A stretch of DNA of 64,000 nt from Trichoplax adhaerens (Eukaryota; Animalia; Placozoa): the NCBI RefSeq assembly GCF_000150275.1, contig NW_002060950.1, positions 1,476,106 to 1,540,105 on the forward strand. The letters run 5' to 3'. Numbering within the stretch: position 1 is the first letter of the stretch; each line of letters starts with the position of its first letter. Below the pieces are notes generated by a model. That model searched no databases, had not been told where the DNA came from, and was given only the letters and a program-made list of their open reading frames with translations. Shown piece after piece: positions 14,636 to 27,511 of this stretch. The translations under genes and the position numbers were made by a program.

Positions 14636-16221
14636 TATATTACGATGCGAAGAGACTTATTGGAACCTGAATTACTTAGCTACGATAACCAAGATCGTAT
14701 GCGATGACAAGTTCAATCTTGAAGCCCATGAAAAGTTTTGATCATTAAGGCTCTTATTTACAAACTTATGAATGTGAAATAAATGTTCTACAATTTCTAG
14801 ATCGCTGCAGAACTATGGTAATAACTTAATTTTTTTCAAGGATCATTCTTGTGCGAAAATGAGGAATAGCAAATTATGTTACAGAAATGTAAGGATGCTA
14901 TTTCCGGATGTGATTAGCAGTCTTAAACATTTTCTTTTGTGGATAACTGATAAAATTGACTAGTAGATAATAATGCAATCGTAAATATTTTAGTAGATGA
15001 GAAAGTCCATTTATTAACGCAGTTCTAAATAAACAACATTGATCAAGCGGACGAGTGTATGTAAGAAATCCATGCTATTTCATTATTGTATCAGTATTTC
15101 ATCCTTTCTTCGATACTTTTAAAATGCTTGTAATATTCAATGCCTCTCATAAAACATTTTTGATTATCTAATTGTGAATTGCAAATACCATTTTTGCCAT
15201 TATCTTCAATTATAATTACTATTCGATTTTATTGATGCGAATTTTGGCTTATGTCATTTTAACACGGTAAAATAGACTTACTTGTTAAAAGCATGGTCTG
15301 AATTCTTGTGGTGTAAATCCATTGATTAAGTTAAATGATGGTAATCCTGTTGATATTTATCTACTATGAGCACTTAAAATAGCGATCTGATTATTTCGCA
15401 GATGAAGCAGATTTTATTCATCAATTGCTGAATACAGGAAGTCAGAATAACAAGTAAGACCTGTACAAACTGCATTTTGATAATTGTTATGCAATATTAG
15501 TTACTTATGCAGCATACTCGTATATCTATTTACTCCTATGGGCATGATTACCGTCGATACATATGCGTACATATCGGCAACTATATATAACCTTAAACTG
15601 TGAATCAAATAAATTACCATTCTTACAGTTAAGCGTAAATGAAAATGTTCTATTCTCTTCAATCCTGAAGGTTATTATCAATAGTCAGATTACGGACCAT
15701 ATGGTTAAGGATAAGTCTCAAAATTATTGAATTGATTGCTGTGTATGTATGTTAGTATAGAGATACCACAATTAAAATAATAACACTCATACTTAAAAAT
15801 TGAAAATTATTGATTTACAATGCAATCATAATGATTAATAATTCATAATTAAATCATTGCTAAGACACACGGTCAACATGTCTGTGCAATAGCATATCTC
15901 ATCGAAAATAGAAAAAGAGAATTAGAATTACTACCTCAAGTAATGGAATGCCGGATTGCGACAATTTCATTTTCATGTTTTTTCCCCATTTATATCCAAG
16001 TTTATTGAACTGTATTTCTTGTCGACTAAAGGCGATTTATTAAGTAATATTGCTTTCCTTTAGTCATTTTTTAATCTAAAGTTTATCTCCTGGAAATTTA
16101 GAACAAGACACATCTATATTCTATTTATAGTCGATTTTTAACTGCATTAATTCGCGTACTAGTGTTGGTTAATGTTACAGAAGTCGTTACGAATATAAAA
16201 TATTCCGATAAACGATTATTC

Positions 16222-17451
16222 TTAATCAGACACATCATTATAGATAAATTCAGTAGCCACTGGAGATTCATCACTTTTACAACGGAAACTCTTAGTGGAA
16301 ATTCCGTTTCTCGGTATTAGACTAGGTCCCTTTGAGGGAAATTTGGTCCTTCTTGTCGTCGTAGCTCTTATAATATTCGTTACATTGTTGTTGCTATTAC
16401 TTGTTAAAGGAATGGCATCGTCTCTCTTCCAACGGAGACTAAAAATGCGGATGTAAGCACGTTTAAAGCGATCATTAATGAACGGATAGACTATAGGATT
16501 AATGACACTGTTGAGATTAACCATCCAGCCACAAAAAAATGCCATCGCTCCACCAACCCAAATCTCAAATGCCGAAAGTAACAGAAACATACAAATACTA
16601 TAAGGTCCAAAGCAAATAACAAATGTAGCAAAGACGATGAACATCGCGCGCGTAACTTTAGCTTCGCGGGCTGCTATTTTTTGTAAAGCATTATTGTTAG
16701 CGCCACTAAATGAAATACCACGAATACGCTGACTATTTTTCTTAACAGTCCAATAAATTAATACATAGCAATAGATCATGATGAGAAGGGGTACGGTAAA
16801 GATAGCTACCATGACAAAAATAGGAAAGCTTTTATCATAATTCCAATCTGGCAGACATGTCTGTTCTAGTGGCTGAAATTTATATCGATTCCAACCAAAG
16901 ATGGGCATCAATCCTTCGATTATACTGAATATCCAAGTAACACAGATAGAGAGTGTTACGGTAAATCTAGTCACTAAATGGCCTTTAGAGTGGACAACAA
17001 CGAGGTAACGGAATATTGCCATGATTAGTAGACAAAAAATATTGGCCGTAAAAGCTACACCTTGGATCCAGCCCCCAAAATCGCATAGGGCTTGACCGAA
17101 CGGCCATGTCCAACCAACTACTCTCGTCATCCCAATAAGATTGAATCCCATTCGAAATATTCCAGTAAACACATCGATCACAGCCAAATTCAAGAGAAAT
17201 AAATTGAAAGTAGTAAACAGTGATCGTTCAATATAAAAAGCTAACATAACGATTATATTACCAAGAATAGACAGGACAGCAATAACAACATAAGCAGTGG
17301 CTCGAGCGATCATTTCTTCCTTAGTATAGGGTGGAGGAAAGTGAGGCACAGTAGCATTCATAGAAGTTGGCAATTTTAATGTCTGATTAGCTATACTTTG
17401 ATTAGTGCAATTGGATAGGGTTAAAATTGCAGTCTGATTAGTACAATTCAT
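16222..17451 (-). CDS. Class A GPCR, placopsin-like, paralog 3 (inverted)
   Basis: 409 aa intronless 7TM ORF. N-terminus has several N-x-S/T sites. Motifs: NLAVID, WPFGQALC, AIFRY, GWNRYKFQPLEQTCLPDW, REAKVTR, NPIVY, DRFK. Confidence 0.93.
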   Translation of the reverse strand: MNCTNQTAILTLSNCTNQSIANQTLKLPTSMNATVPHFPPPYTKEEMIARATAYVVIAVLSILGNIIVMLAFYIERSLFTTFNLFLLNLAVIDVFTGIFRMGFNLIGMTRVVGWTWPFGQALCDFGGWIQGVAFTANIFCLLIMAIFRYLVVVHSKGHLVTRFTVTLSICVTWIFSIIEGLMPIFGWNRYKFQPLEQTCLPDWNYDKSFPIFVMVAIFTVPLLIMIYCYVLIYWTVKKNSQRIRGISFSGANNNALQKIAAREAKVTRAMFIVFATFVICFGPYSICMFLLLSAFEIWVGGAMAFFCGWMVNLNSVINPIVYPFINDRFKRAYIRIFSLRWKRDDAIPLTSNSNNNVTNIIRATTTRRTKFPSKGPSLIPRNGISTKSFRCKSDESPVATEFIYNDVSD

Positions 17452-20400
17452 GATGTTTATGATTGAAAATTGTATATAGTATGTTATATAAGATAGTCAA
17501 TTCAATTTTCGTTTTCTTCCTCAATTTAAATTTCACCCAAGGCTATCGAGTTTTAAATAAAAACCACGGTAATCATGGAGCGCAAAAAATACCATCAATT
17601 CCGTAAATTAAATACTTGTTTCTTCACTTGTACCTTGAGTAATAGTCAACTTGTTAATTTTTCCACATGGAATGTTTTCTCAAGATCTACCTCTTCCCTT
17701 CACATCTATAGATAACTAAATTCAAACGGTATCAGCAAATGATCCACCACAAATATAGAAAGGTGACTTGTTTTTTCTGCTTAATACAAGCAGTAGCGTT
17801 AAAACAATGCAGTAATTTATTTAATTTATATACAAAAATATTACTAAAGAAGGTATTTTAATTTAACTAATTAATCACTTGATTTAATTATTCTTTTCTG
17901 ATACTTTAGCAGGCTTAACAATTGGCCAGATAATCAAGTTAAGAGGGGACGGGAAATATCGGTCTTGATTGATTACTCACGTAGCATTGATGACAGAATA
18001 TCCCTATTGAGGTCTATCATTGCAATATGGTCTACTACATTGGTAATAATGATTCTATTTATGCGCTATAATGTAAAGTGAATAGTTCTAGATCAATTGA
18101 CTTTATCAGGAATAATTTACAGGATGATGAGATAGATTAAAATGATCCAGATAATAATTATGCTGAAAAGTTGATTAATCATATATTTTTAAAATTATTG
18201 TCGATATGTACAAATTGCAAATCATCTGCAAAGAGTAGTGCAATTATCGGTAATTTAAAGCCAAGAGAGTAGTATGGCTGCAGGATTTAATGTTGTTACA
18301 AAGTGTATATGATAAAATCTTTCTTTCAGCTTATTTTCTAATTAAATATAAATGTGCATCCTGTATTCTATAATTAATGACTCCTAGGTTATAGCACCGC
18401 TAGGCGTATGTAATTGGTTGATTAACAATACAATTAGTTGTGTGGCCATGTGATGAGTTGATATGGCAATCTTAGAATGATGATTTCTCTACATTCACCT
18501 GTGAGAGAAATCTTTCTACAAACTAATAGTCAATAAACAGGTATCTATTTTAATACAGCAATAATATATTACGGGTATCTCTATCTCGAAATTATTTGCC
18601 GTTAAGTATACATGATAAAGGAAATCAAATTTACATTTCACAACATCCTATTTTTGCTGCCAAGAATTTTCCTCCAAGAAAAGTTTGCGTATGCTTTACC
18701 GTAGATCAGATTGGGTCTTAACAAGATCTTTTTCATGAAGTTAAGAGAATGTAAGAATTCAATATCAACTTGTTATAATAATTAAGCGAGCTCATGTGAT
18801 AATAGAACATATTTGCGTAATAAGGAGCAATACTGAATTGTTACTCTTAACATCGTGACTTAACACCATCGCATAATCGGTAACTTGTTTGCAGAAATAT
18901 GGATAGCTATTTATTGAAGAGATTTCAAGTCTTGTTGATTTCACATCGATAGCAAGTATACTGGTACAATCTGTCAATGAGGAACTTTAATTAATTTTAA
19001 ATTTATGCTTTCAACGCCTATTAATAGTAATAACTGATGATATGTCACGGATATATTAAATTAGTAGTAATGCAACAGTGATAACAAGTCGCTTGCTAGA
19101 AAGTATAAAGTAAAAGCGCACTCAGTCGGTAGGATGGTATTTAAATGTTTCCCAGCGGGTGCGATATCTACTACACTATATATCATATTTTAGGATACAC
19201 CTATAAAGAGGAAAATAACTATTTCTGCGCTAAAACAGGCGAAATAATATCCTTCGCACTTTTATAACAATGCTACGAGAGTGAGACTTCAGATGAAGTA
19301 TATTGAACGTATTAGATTCAAGGATCTCTCAATATGATCAGAAAATTTCCAAGATATTCATTCAAGATTTCTATTACCTTAGTTACAGATCTTATTAAGA
19401 TTTTAAAACAAATTTGTAAACAATATAGCTAAATGTTTGCACTTAACGCGGCAATTTCTGAACTGTATTAGTACCTGATGTTGGCTAGTTTTATTGGGTC
19501 AGCATAACCTATCTATTTTCCCTCACCCTAGAGATATCCAACAACTTGATAGTTTCATGTGTTTATTGGAGTACGTTGAGGTAGGGGCTTGTTATAGTAG
19601 TTCTAGATATTATTCATTAACAATAATTTTTGAAGTAAGGGTTATAAATTGAATAGTTAAAATTTAATAACCTTCTAAGAGTGATCTAATGCTTCTTCGA
19701 TACAGATAAATGAAGAATAAATTATAGAAAAGATGTAGCAGTTTTATTTGTATAAGAGCAATATCGACATGGTGAATAAATAATTAATGGCATTGAATAT
19801 TTGAATTTCAAGCTTAATGATATAACAAGTTTTTAATCGCACATTCATTATTAAAGCCATTTGAAATGAGTTGATATACCATTTTTTATATATTTTTGCT
19901 ACTGCAATGATGGCTATAAATATCATAGTTACTGTAGTGATTTAATTTCCGGCATAGGTCCTACGTTACCAGTATAGTTGATGTATGCTGCCTCTAAATT
20001 TATCAGATTCGTAATTATTGATGTTGCAGTGGAATGGATAAATTCCTATTACATGCTACCACGTATAGGTGATCAACTCTTCAATAGGCTCAAACTAAAA
20101 TTGATATCTATATCTTCACTTCATCTTTATTAACTGTATATTTGTAGTATTTCTTCTTTAGAAAATAGGTCTGTGAATTGCTTTCCCATATCTTCAAATG
20201 TAATATCGTATAGTTTTTCTTTTAGTACCCTCCTCTATAGTAGCGATTGCTATCAACGTAAATAAACGGCATTAATCCCTTTATTATCTGATTTTCCAAC
20301 CTAAGTGCTTTTAAAATTTGGATAATTCTGTCCCATAAATATACGAAGTCAAAATTAGGGAGATCACCTTCACTCACTATTTAGTAATCAAGTACCTTCA

Positions 20401-21398
20401 ATATTAGAAATTAAACTATACTGTAGTCAATAATATCAGTCTCATCTATCTGCTATCTTGCGGTACTTCACATAAGGACCAATAACAAAGGATTATTGAT
20501 CAGTTAGCTTCCTCCTTTAGTAGATCTATTGAAAAACTCGGGCATAAAGCTAAAAGTTGAACTATATGAACTAAATGAAATGATCGATACAATTTTCAAT
20601 TTATATCACCATTTATCGGCTTTGTAGAGCTACTGATAGTCCTATGAGTCATGATATTATCATCTTATCATGAACTTTTAGAATCATTTTAACGATTGTG
20701 TTTTTATAATAAAAGTTCTTATAAAATCTTATAAAACACCGAATACTGACAGAATCACTATGGAATACTTTCAACTAATTTGACTAGTACTACTGTTGAG
20801 AAGGCAAATTATTGGCCTTTCAATGTCAGATTTCAACCAATAAAACAATAATCAAAGTTTTTTTCTTTAATATGATATCTACATTCCGTCAATATAGTAA
20901 CAAAACTACGCAAACATAAATTCGCATATAAAAGCGATACTCTTACAACCTCATAATGTTGAACATCACGATAGTTTTGTATCGCAGCCTAAACATTTAA
21001 GGTATTATTCCAGTCTGACATTTGTATATAAAAGAGAGAATACAACAATACAATCTAGAAAAGCTATCAAATACGTTTCTCTGAAGTACCAAAGAATAGA
21101 TTATCGTTAACTGATAGGAATTTTAAGGAATATTACAAATACACCGGTAATAATTCTTTGTAACGCTAACTCTAGACTTAATTATAAAAAAAATTACCTT
21201 CCAGAAATTCATTAAGCAGAATAAATCTCATTATTACAGTATGGTACTATTTTATTTTGAATCAAAAAATTTTAATATAACATTAACAGTACAAGAAGTT
21301 TAAGTCAATCATAGCAATAAGATCTAATTGCTGAACTTAATACCTGTATATATATACTCGTATTCGGGTATATATTCAGTATACAACTAGCTAGAATT

Positions 21399-21540
21399 TG
21401 GCGAAATCATTAATCTGACCTTTATAGTATACAAATAAATGAAAATTGGCGAAATCATTAATCTAACTTTCAGTATTGACCATAACATACCGTATATATA
21501 TAGTAGACGTGTAAGTGGAAAGTGGCGAAATCATTAATCT
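21399..21540. repeat. Three exact copies of the 18-mer TGGCGAAATCATTAATCT
   Basis: Copies at 21399-21416, 21447-21464 and 21523-21540. Confidence 0.85.
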
Positions 21541-22853
21541 TGCTTGCAAGCATCTAATAGACATTAAAAAATATCATAATCACAATTTATCGTACTATGA
21601 TGCTATCGCAATAATAAATTAACCTATGGAGATAAAGTGTAGGATCTAATTTGTAGACTTATATGTTCAGTACGTAAACCTGCTGAAGTCATTTAGTATT
21701 GAGCCTTGTAGCATCATTTCCACATTGCACCCACTGACTGTAAACATAACCATACTTACCACCTAAAGTATAGGATATACCGTAGTTTTTATTTCTAAAT
21801 TCTCATACAATTTACTGAAATTCTGTCTATAACACCATACGTCGAGACTTTTACAAGAATTAATTATTTCTGTCTAGAAACAATCAATCGTTTCAAATAT
21901 ACGTGTACGTATGTTGGATTTGAGTCCATGTATTAAATTTTTAGACGATAATAAAGCTTTGTTCTATTAAATAAATTAAAGGAAAGAGCTACTAGCCAGT
22001 ATTACATCAGATAGAATCTGAGAAAATATAATAAATTTGCTTTACCAACAAAAGAAAAACAATAAATATAACGTGTTGTGATCGCCCTAAATAGAATTGG
22101 TAGGTAAGAAGAAACCGCATCATACTATAGTCATAGTTTATCATTTTGAGGTAGCTTGTTATTATGATAATCAATACTTTTATCCTTCGAAATAGCTAGT
22201 ATTTACTTTAAGTGTATCAGATGTTTCTGTCCTCTATTATTAAAATATGCAAATTGCTGTATGATTTAAATAACAAAGAATATTGTTAGTAAAGGAGTAA
22301 TTGTACTGAAAATTAGTAAAGTTAGTATTGGAAAAATTCTCCAATACCCGCTATTAGTGTAAGGTATCAAAATTATCGGATACAGTACTCAGCCGTGTAA
22401 GCGAAAGTTTTATAGAAATTGCTCTAAATTGAAAGGGCTAAATATTGATAGCATTGGATAATAGTTACGAAATCTCTGTAAGATATTCCACCTAAAGTAT
22501 TCAAACAATATAGATTGACGACGTGATTACTAGTATTGTATACTGAAAAGAATACTGACATAGCTAATTATCAAATTGCTACTACGAAGAAAAAATGATT
22601 AAGTATTAATCGGTTAAAATTCTAAAGATAAAAGACTTGGTTACAATTTTAACGGTTTACATAGCAATTGAAAAAGCACTTTATATAAATCAAAGCTATA
22701 CAATATTACTTTATTGTAGATTAACAGCTTGTTTTGGTGTAATTTATTTCCTTCCCATTAAAGACTAAATTTACTTGATCTGTGTAAAAAGAATCAGATA
22801 CAATATTCTTGTTTTCAAGGCCTGCTATTGAAAAGGATTAAAACACGAGTATA

Positions 22854-24008
22854 ATGTCTAATCATAGCCTTAGCTTAAATCAGACTAGGGGATTTACACC
22901 GTATACTCTTGCTGAAGCTCAAGTACATTTTACTGCTTATGTGATTGTGATGGTTATAGCTATCCCTGCTAATATAGTCACTATTTTTTCTTTTATCATC
23001 GATCGTACATTGTGTACCAATTTTAATCTCTTCTTGCTTAACATGGCTTTCATCGATTTATTGACCAGTTTATTTCGCATCGGTTTCAACGCTTTCTGTA
23101 TTGCCACTATTAGAAATTCTACATGGCCATATGGTCAGCCACTATGTGATTTTGACGGATTTATACAAGGCGTTGTCTTTGCCGCTAACGTTTACACTCT
23201 CATGGTTATAGCAGTTTGCCGTTATATAGCAATTGTTCATTCCAAGCAGCATTTAATTACCAAAAAAATTGTCTATATTATTATTGTTATCATTTGGGTC
23301 TTTAGTTCCCTGTGTTCGGTCTTTCCTATCATAGGTTGGAATCGATATCGCTATCAACCTTATGAGCACGCTTGCTTGCCTGATTGGTCTTATGAGAAGA
23401 GCTATCCTATTTATATTATGGCTACCGAATTTGTTCTCCCAATGATAATTTTACTTTACTGTTACACCGGAATATTTATCAACCTAAGGAGAAATTCATT
23501 CCGAATGCGCACTGTTTCAGAATTGAACAGTGGCAATAATGAGGCCATGAAGAAAATAGCCCAGCGTGAGGGAAAGGTTACTCGTGGCATGTTTATCATC
23601 TTCTTAGCCTTCGTCATTTGTTTTGCACCATATAGTGTATGTATGTTTCTATTAGCTTCTGCATTTAATATTCCCATAGACAAGGGTTTGATGTTCTTTT
23701 GCGGATTTATGGCCAATGTGAATAGCTTACTGAATCCTATTATTTATGCTATCTTGTATAAACGCTTTCGGCAAGCTTACTATCGGGTGCTGTGTTGTTG
23801 CTGCAGTAAATTAACATTCAGCTCTTCATCGGATCATGCAGGATGCAGTAGCAATCACGGATTGCGATCATTAGCAATGGGTGCCATCGAAAATAAGAAC
23901 GCCAATCATTCTACCAGTCCATCTATGAAAACTTCTAATTATGGCAGTAAAAAATATCGAAGGCGTTTTAGTTTCATCTACAACGAAGAGGACATTAATA
24001 ATAGATAA
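22854..24008 (+). CDS. Class A GPCR, placopsin-like, paralog 4
   Basis: 384 aa intronless 7TM ORF with NMAFID, WPYGQPLC, AVCRY, GWNRYRYQPYEHACLPDW, REGKVTR, NPIIY, KRFR and a Cys cluster after helix 8. Confidence 0.93.
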   Translation: MSNHSLSLNQTRGFTPYTLAEAQVHFTAYVIVMVIAIPANIVTIFSFIIDRTLCTNFNLFLLNMAFIDLLTSLFRIGFNAFCIATIRNSTWPYGQPLCDFDGFIQGVVFAANVYTLMVIAVCRYIAIVHSKQHLITKKIVYIIIVIIWVFSSLCSVFPIIGWNRYRYQPYEHACLPDWSYEKSYPIYIMATEFVLPMIILLYCYTGIFINLRRNSFRMRTVSELNSGNNEAMKKIAQREGKVTRGMFIIFLAFVICFAPYSVCMFLLASAFNIPIDKGLMFFCGFMANVNSLLNPIIYAILYKRFRQAYYRVLCCCCSKLTFSSSSDHAGCSSNHGLRSLAMGAIENKNANHSTSPSMKTSNYGSKKYRRRFSFIYNEEDINNR

Positions 24009-27000
24009 CGAAATAGATGGAAATTTTAAATTCAAATTCAAATGCAAATCTATAGATATTGAATGTATCGCAATTGCACATTTATGGAGCGGTGCTATTT
24101 ATTGGCTGGACTGGATAAAATTCAGTGAAAAATTGGCTATCTTTTCTATCCGAAATTCATCGAAATAGTAATTTTATGAATTATAAACAAAAACATTTTG
24201 CTAATCCAAGAAGTTTCATCATCAAGTGCATATTTAATTTCTATATATTTAATACCTCGGATCAGTCAGAGGAAATTAAAAATTATTCTGTATTATATAA
24301 ATTGAAAAGTACTGCTTCTAGCTAGTAGTTTCATCCTAACTATCAAAATTCACACATGCGATGTTTCTACTACTTGCCTTCTATCTTGCCGTTCAGAATT
24401 TCTCCTTTTCTGGTTCTTAGTTCAATTTTTCTTGTAATTTTTTTTGGAAAGTTGATTTAATGTATCGTGTACATACTGAGCCGTTTAATGTTGTTGGTAG
24501 TACTAACTTCCCATTAATTCTTGGACATTGATTAGGTATGGTACTATTGATTACTCAGCAGTCTTTGTAGTACTAACAATTTTATCTAATAGGATCGGTA
24601 TATTCGTATATTTGTATTAGTAACTTACTATGGTTATCTTAATTTGTTTGCAAGTATAAAAGAGCATCTGAAAGTACCGGTATCTATTTGTCAAATTTTA
24701 TTTTAGTGATACGATGTCGTCATATTGTAGATTTTATCATCGAAATACTGCTCGTACGTATACAGCAGATATACAATAATCTTTCCTTATTCTACTTGTA
24801 TTAAAATTATGATATCACCTAGCGTAAGAGTATGCTTTTTGCCAATCTAGGATATCATTTGGTTAGAATATCATTCATGGCCGAGGAGATACGGTATTCA
24901 TTAGCTTACTTGAACATTTTTCTTTGACCTTAGCATGCTACTTTGTAAAATAAGCATTGCCTGCGATTTGAATGCAAAAGCTGTTACTACAAGTGCGTTT
25001 TGGCTATTTTTAAGAATAGATTCGGTCTTAGGAATGTCCGTAGTCAATCTTAAGAATTTGGCCTTAATTAAACATGGTCGGACATTACTAACACTTTTAC
25101 GAAAACAGATTGAAAAGGTGTTACTGTATATTCTTTCGGTTAGTTACTAAGACATTTTTGATTGTAATATATATATTCGAATAGAATCAATTTCAAATTG
25201 GTACAAGTGTATGAAATGTTCAGTAAATCTGATTATGATGTTACGATATGATCGTTTGAAGCATATGATATCATGAATTAATAAAAATTATGACAATCTA
25301 TGTCTTAACAATTTCGTAATAAAAATTGATGTACCAACTTTGTGTATGGCCCATATAAAATGAGTATAATTATAATACAATACTTACTATGAACTGTAGT
25401 AAATGGACTAACTCTATTTTTATTTAGAAAGTATTATCTTATTCCATATAGTTATTATATAAAGTCGAAGTTTTTAAGCATTATCACGCATTTTTTCGTC
25501 ACAGTACCGTAATCTTGGCCATGAATTAGCTTCGTTCCTATTTAGAAAATTCTGCTTACTGCAGCTAATACGATTAAGATATGAAGCTGATTTTCTACAG
25601 TAGCTATCAGTACCTAATTTTCGTAATATTACTTGGCTGAATGAAATACGTATAATTTTATTTCTGCTTGGAAAATATATTTATCTTATTCAATAAAACT
25701 GAGATATAAAAGGATATATGATAGTTATTAACGCGTAAATTTTCGTGATATCCACTTCGCTAAATGAACTAACTCTATTCTATTTTCTGATAGAGAATAT
25801 TTCTCAGCTAACCAGATTTCAAATAATTGAAAATAGAATTGAGATTATAATTATTATTATTATGCTATTTTCGCATTAGTAGTCTTGTCAAGGGAACAAC
25901 TCTGTTTATATTTAGAAACTATTACCCATCTTACCCAATGATTAGACCACTCTTTCAGTGGCGTAGCAAGCTTTCTGTAGTGGTTGAAAGTTATTCAGCT
26001 ATAGTGCAGCCTTTAATTCGATCTTTTAAATTTTCAAGGTATTTATATTTAATTTAGCTCATATTCCCCATAAACAGATCATTTCCACCGTGGGCAATTA
26101 GCTCCCGATGTTTTTGTTCATTTTTACCGCAGTATTGAGCAACTTTATGTCTTTAAAATTTCTAATGCAAACCAACGGTCACTGGTAAATGTACACTGTA
26201 CAGTCAATTCAACCAGTATACAAGTTACGCTGTAATAGTGGTCTATATAATTTGAATATGAGATTAAAATTAATATTGCCTTTTTACTCAATTTGCAATG
26301 CTAACTATTCTAAATCATAGCTAGCCCAGTTTCTATTTAGAAACGAGTGCTTACTGTGACCATTATAATGAAAATATAGAATTAAGATTATAGTTATCTA
26401 CGAACTATTTATTATGCTTATTTCAATACAGAAACAATTATTTATCTTACCTATTTTAATGAGGATATTAGAAATTGAGATTATATCGTAGTTTTCAGTA
26501 AGTTATTTTTCGTGATACGTGTACGCATACTGTATAAGGGACCTGTCACAAACTTCGTTTGTTACTATGAATTCTTCTTCCATGATTACCTGTAAAACCT
26601 TCTACCGTATTATAAATCTACTACCAAGCGTCAATACTTTCACTACCTTGACGAAGGACCTTAGTCAACAGTAAGAGCTAGTTTAGAAGTTTACTAGGTA
26701 ATATTACAGAAGCTATCTTTATTCAACTGTCGTTCCACTCCACAGCTTAAATTACTATCCTCTCTTTTTTAAGTACAAATGCGCTTACTTATATGCTTGT
26801 GCCAAGCCCCACCTGTACAATCTATTCATTATTTCCTATACCGTAATATAGTCTTTTTCTGTACACATGTAATTATATCTGTTTCTGTCCTCTATTATTA
26901 AAATATGCAAATTGCTGTATGATTTAAATAACAAAGAATATTGTTAGTAAAGGAGTAATTGCACTGAAAATTAGTAAAGTTAGTATTGGAAATTCTCCTA

Positions 27001-27511
27001 TACCCACTATTAGTGTAAGGTATCAAAATTATCGGATACAGTACTCAGCCGTGTAAGCGAAAGTTTTATAGAAATTCCTCTAAATTGAAAGGGCTAAATA
27101 TTGATAGCATTGGATAAATAGCTACGAAATCTCTGCAAGATATTCCGCCTAAAGTATTCAAACAATTTTAAAGATTGACGACGTGATTACTAGTATTGTA
27201 TGCTGAAAAGAATACTGACATAGCTAATTATCAAATTGGTACTACGAAGAAAAATGATTAAGTATTAATCGGTTAAAATTTTAAAGATATAGACTTGGTT
27301 ACAACTTCAACGGTTTACATAGCAATTGAAAAAGCACTTTATATAAATCAAAGCTATACAATATTACTTTATTGTAGATTAACAGCTTGTTTTGATGTGA
27401 TTTATTTCCTTCTCATTAAAGACTAAATTTACTTGATCTGTGTAAAAAGAATCAGATACAATATTCTTGTTTTCAAGGCCTGCTATTGAAAAGGATTAAA
27501 ACTCGAGTATA

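Noticed and set aside
21399-21540. CRISPR-like repeat-spacer array
   Set aside because: The repeat is only 18 bp, spacers are unequal (30 and 58 bp), there are three copies, the context is eukaryotic and no cas genes are present.
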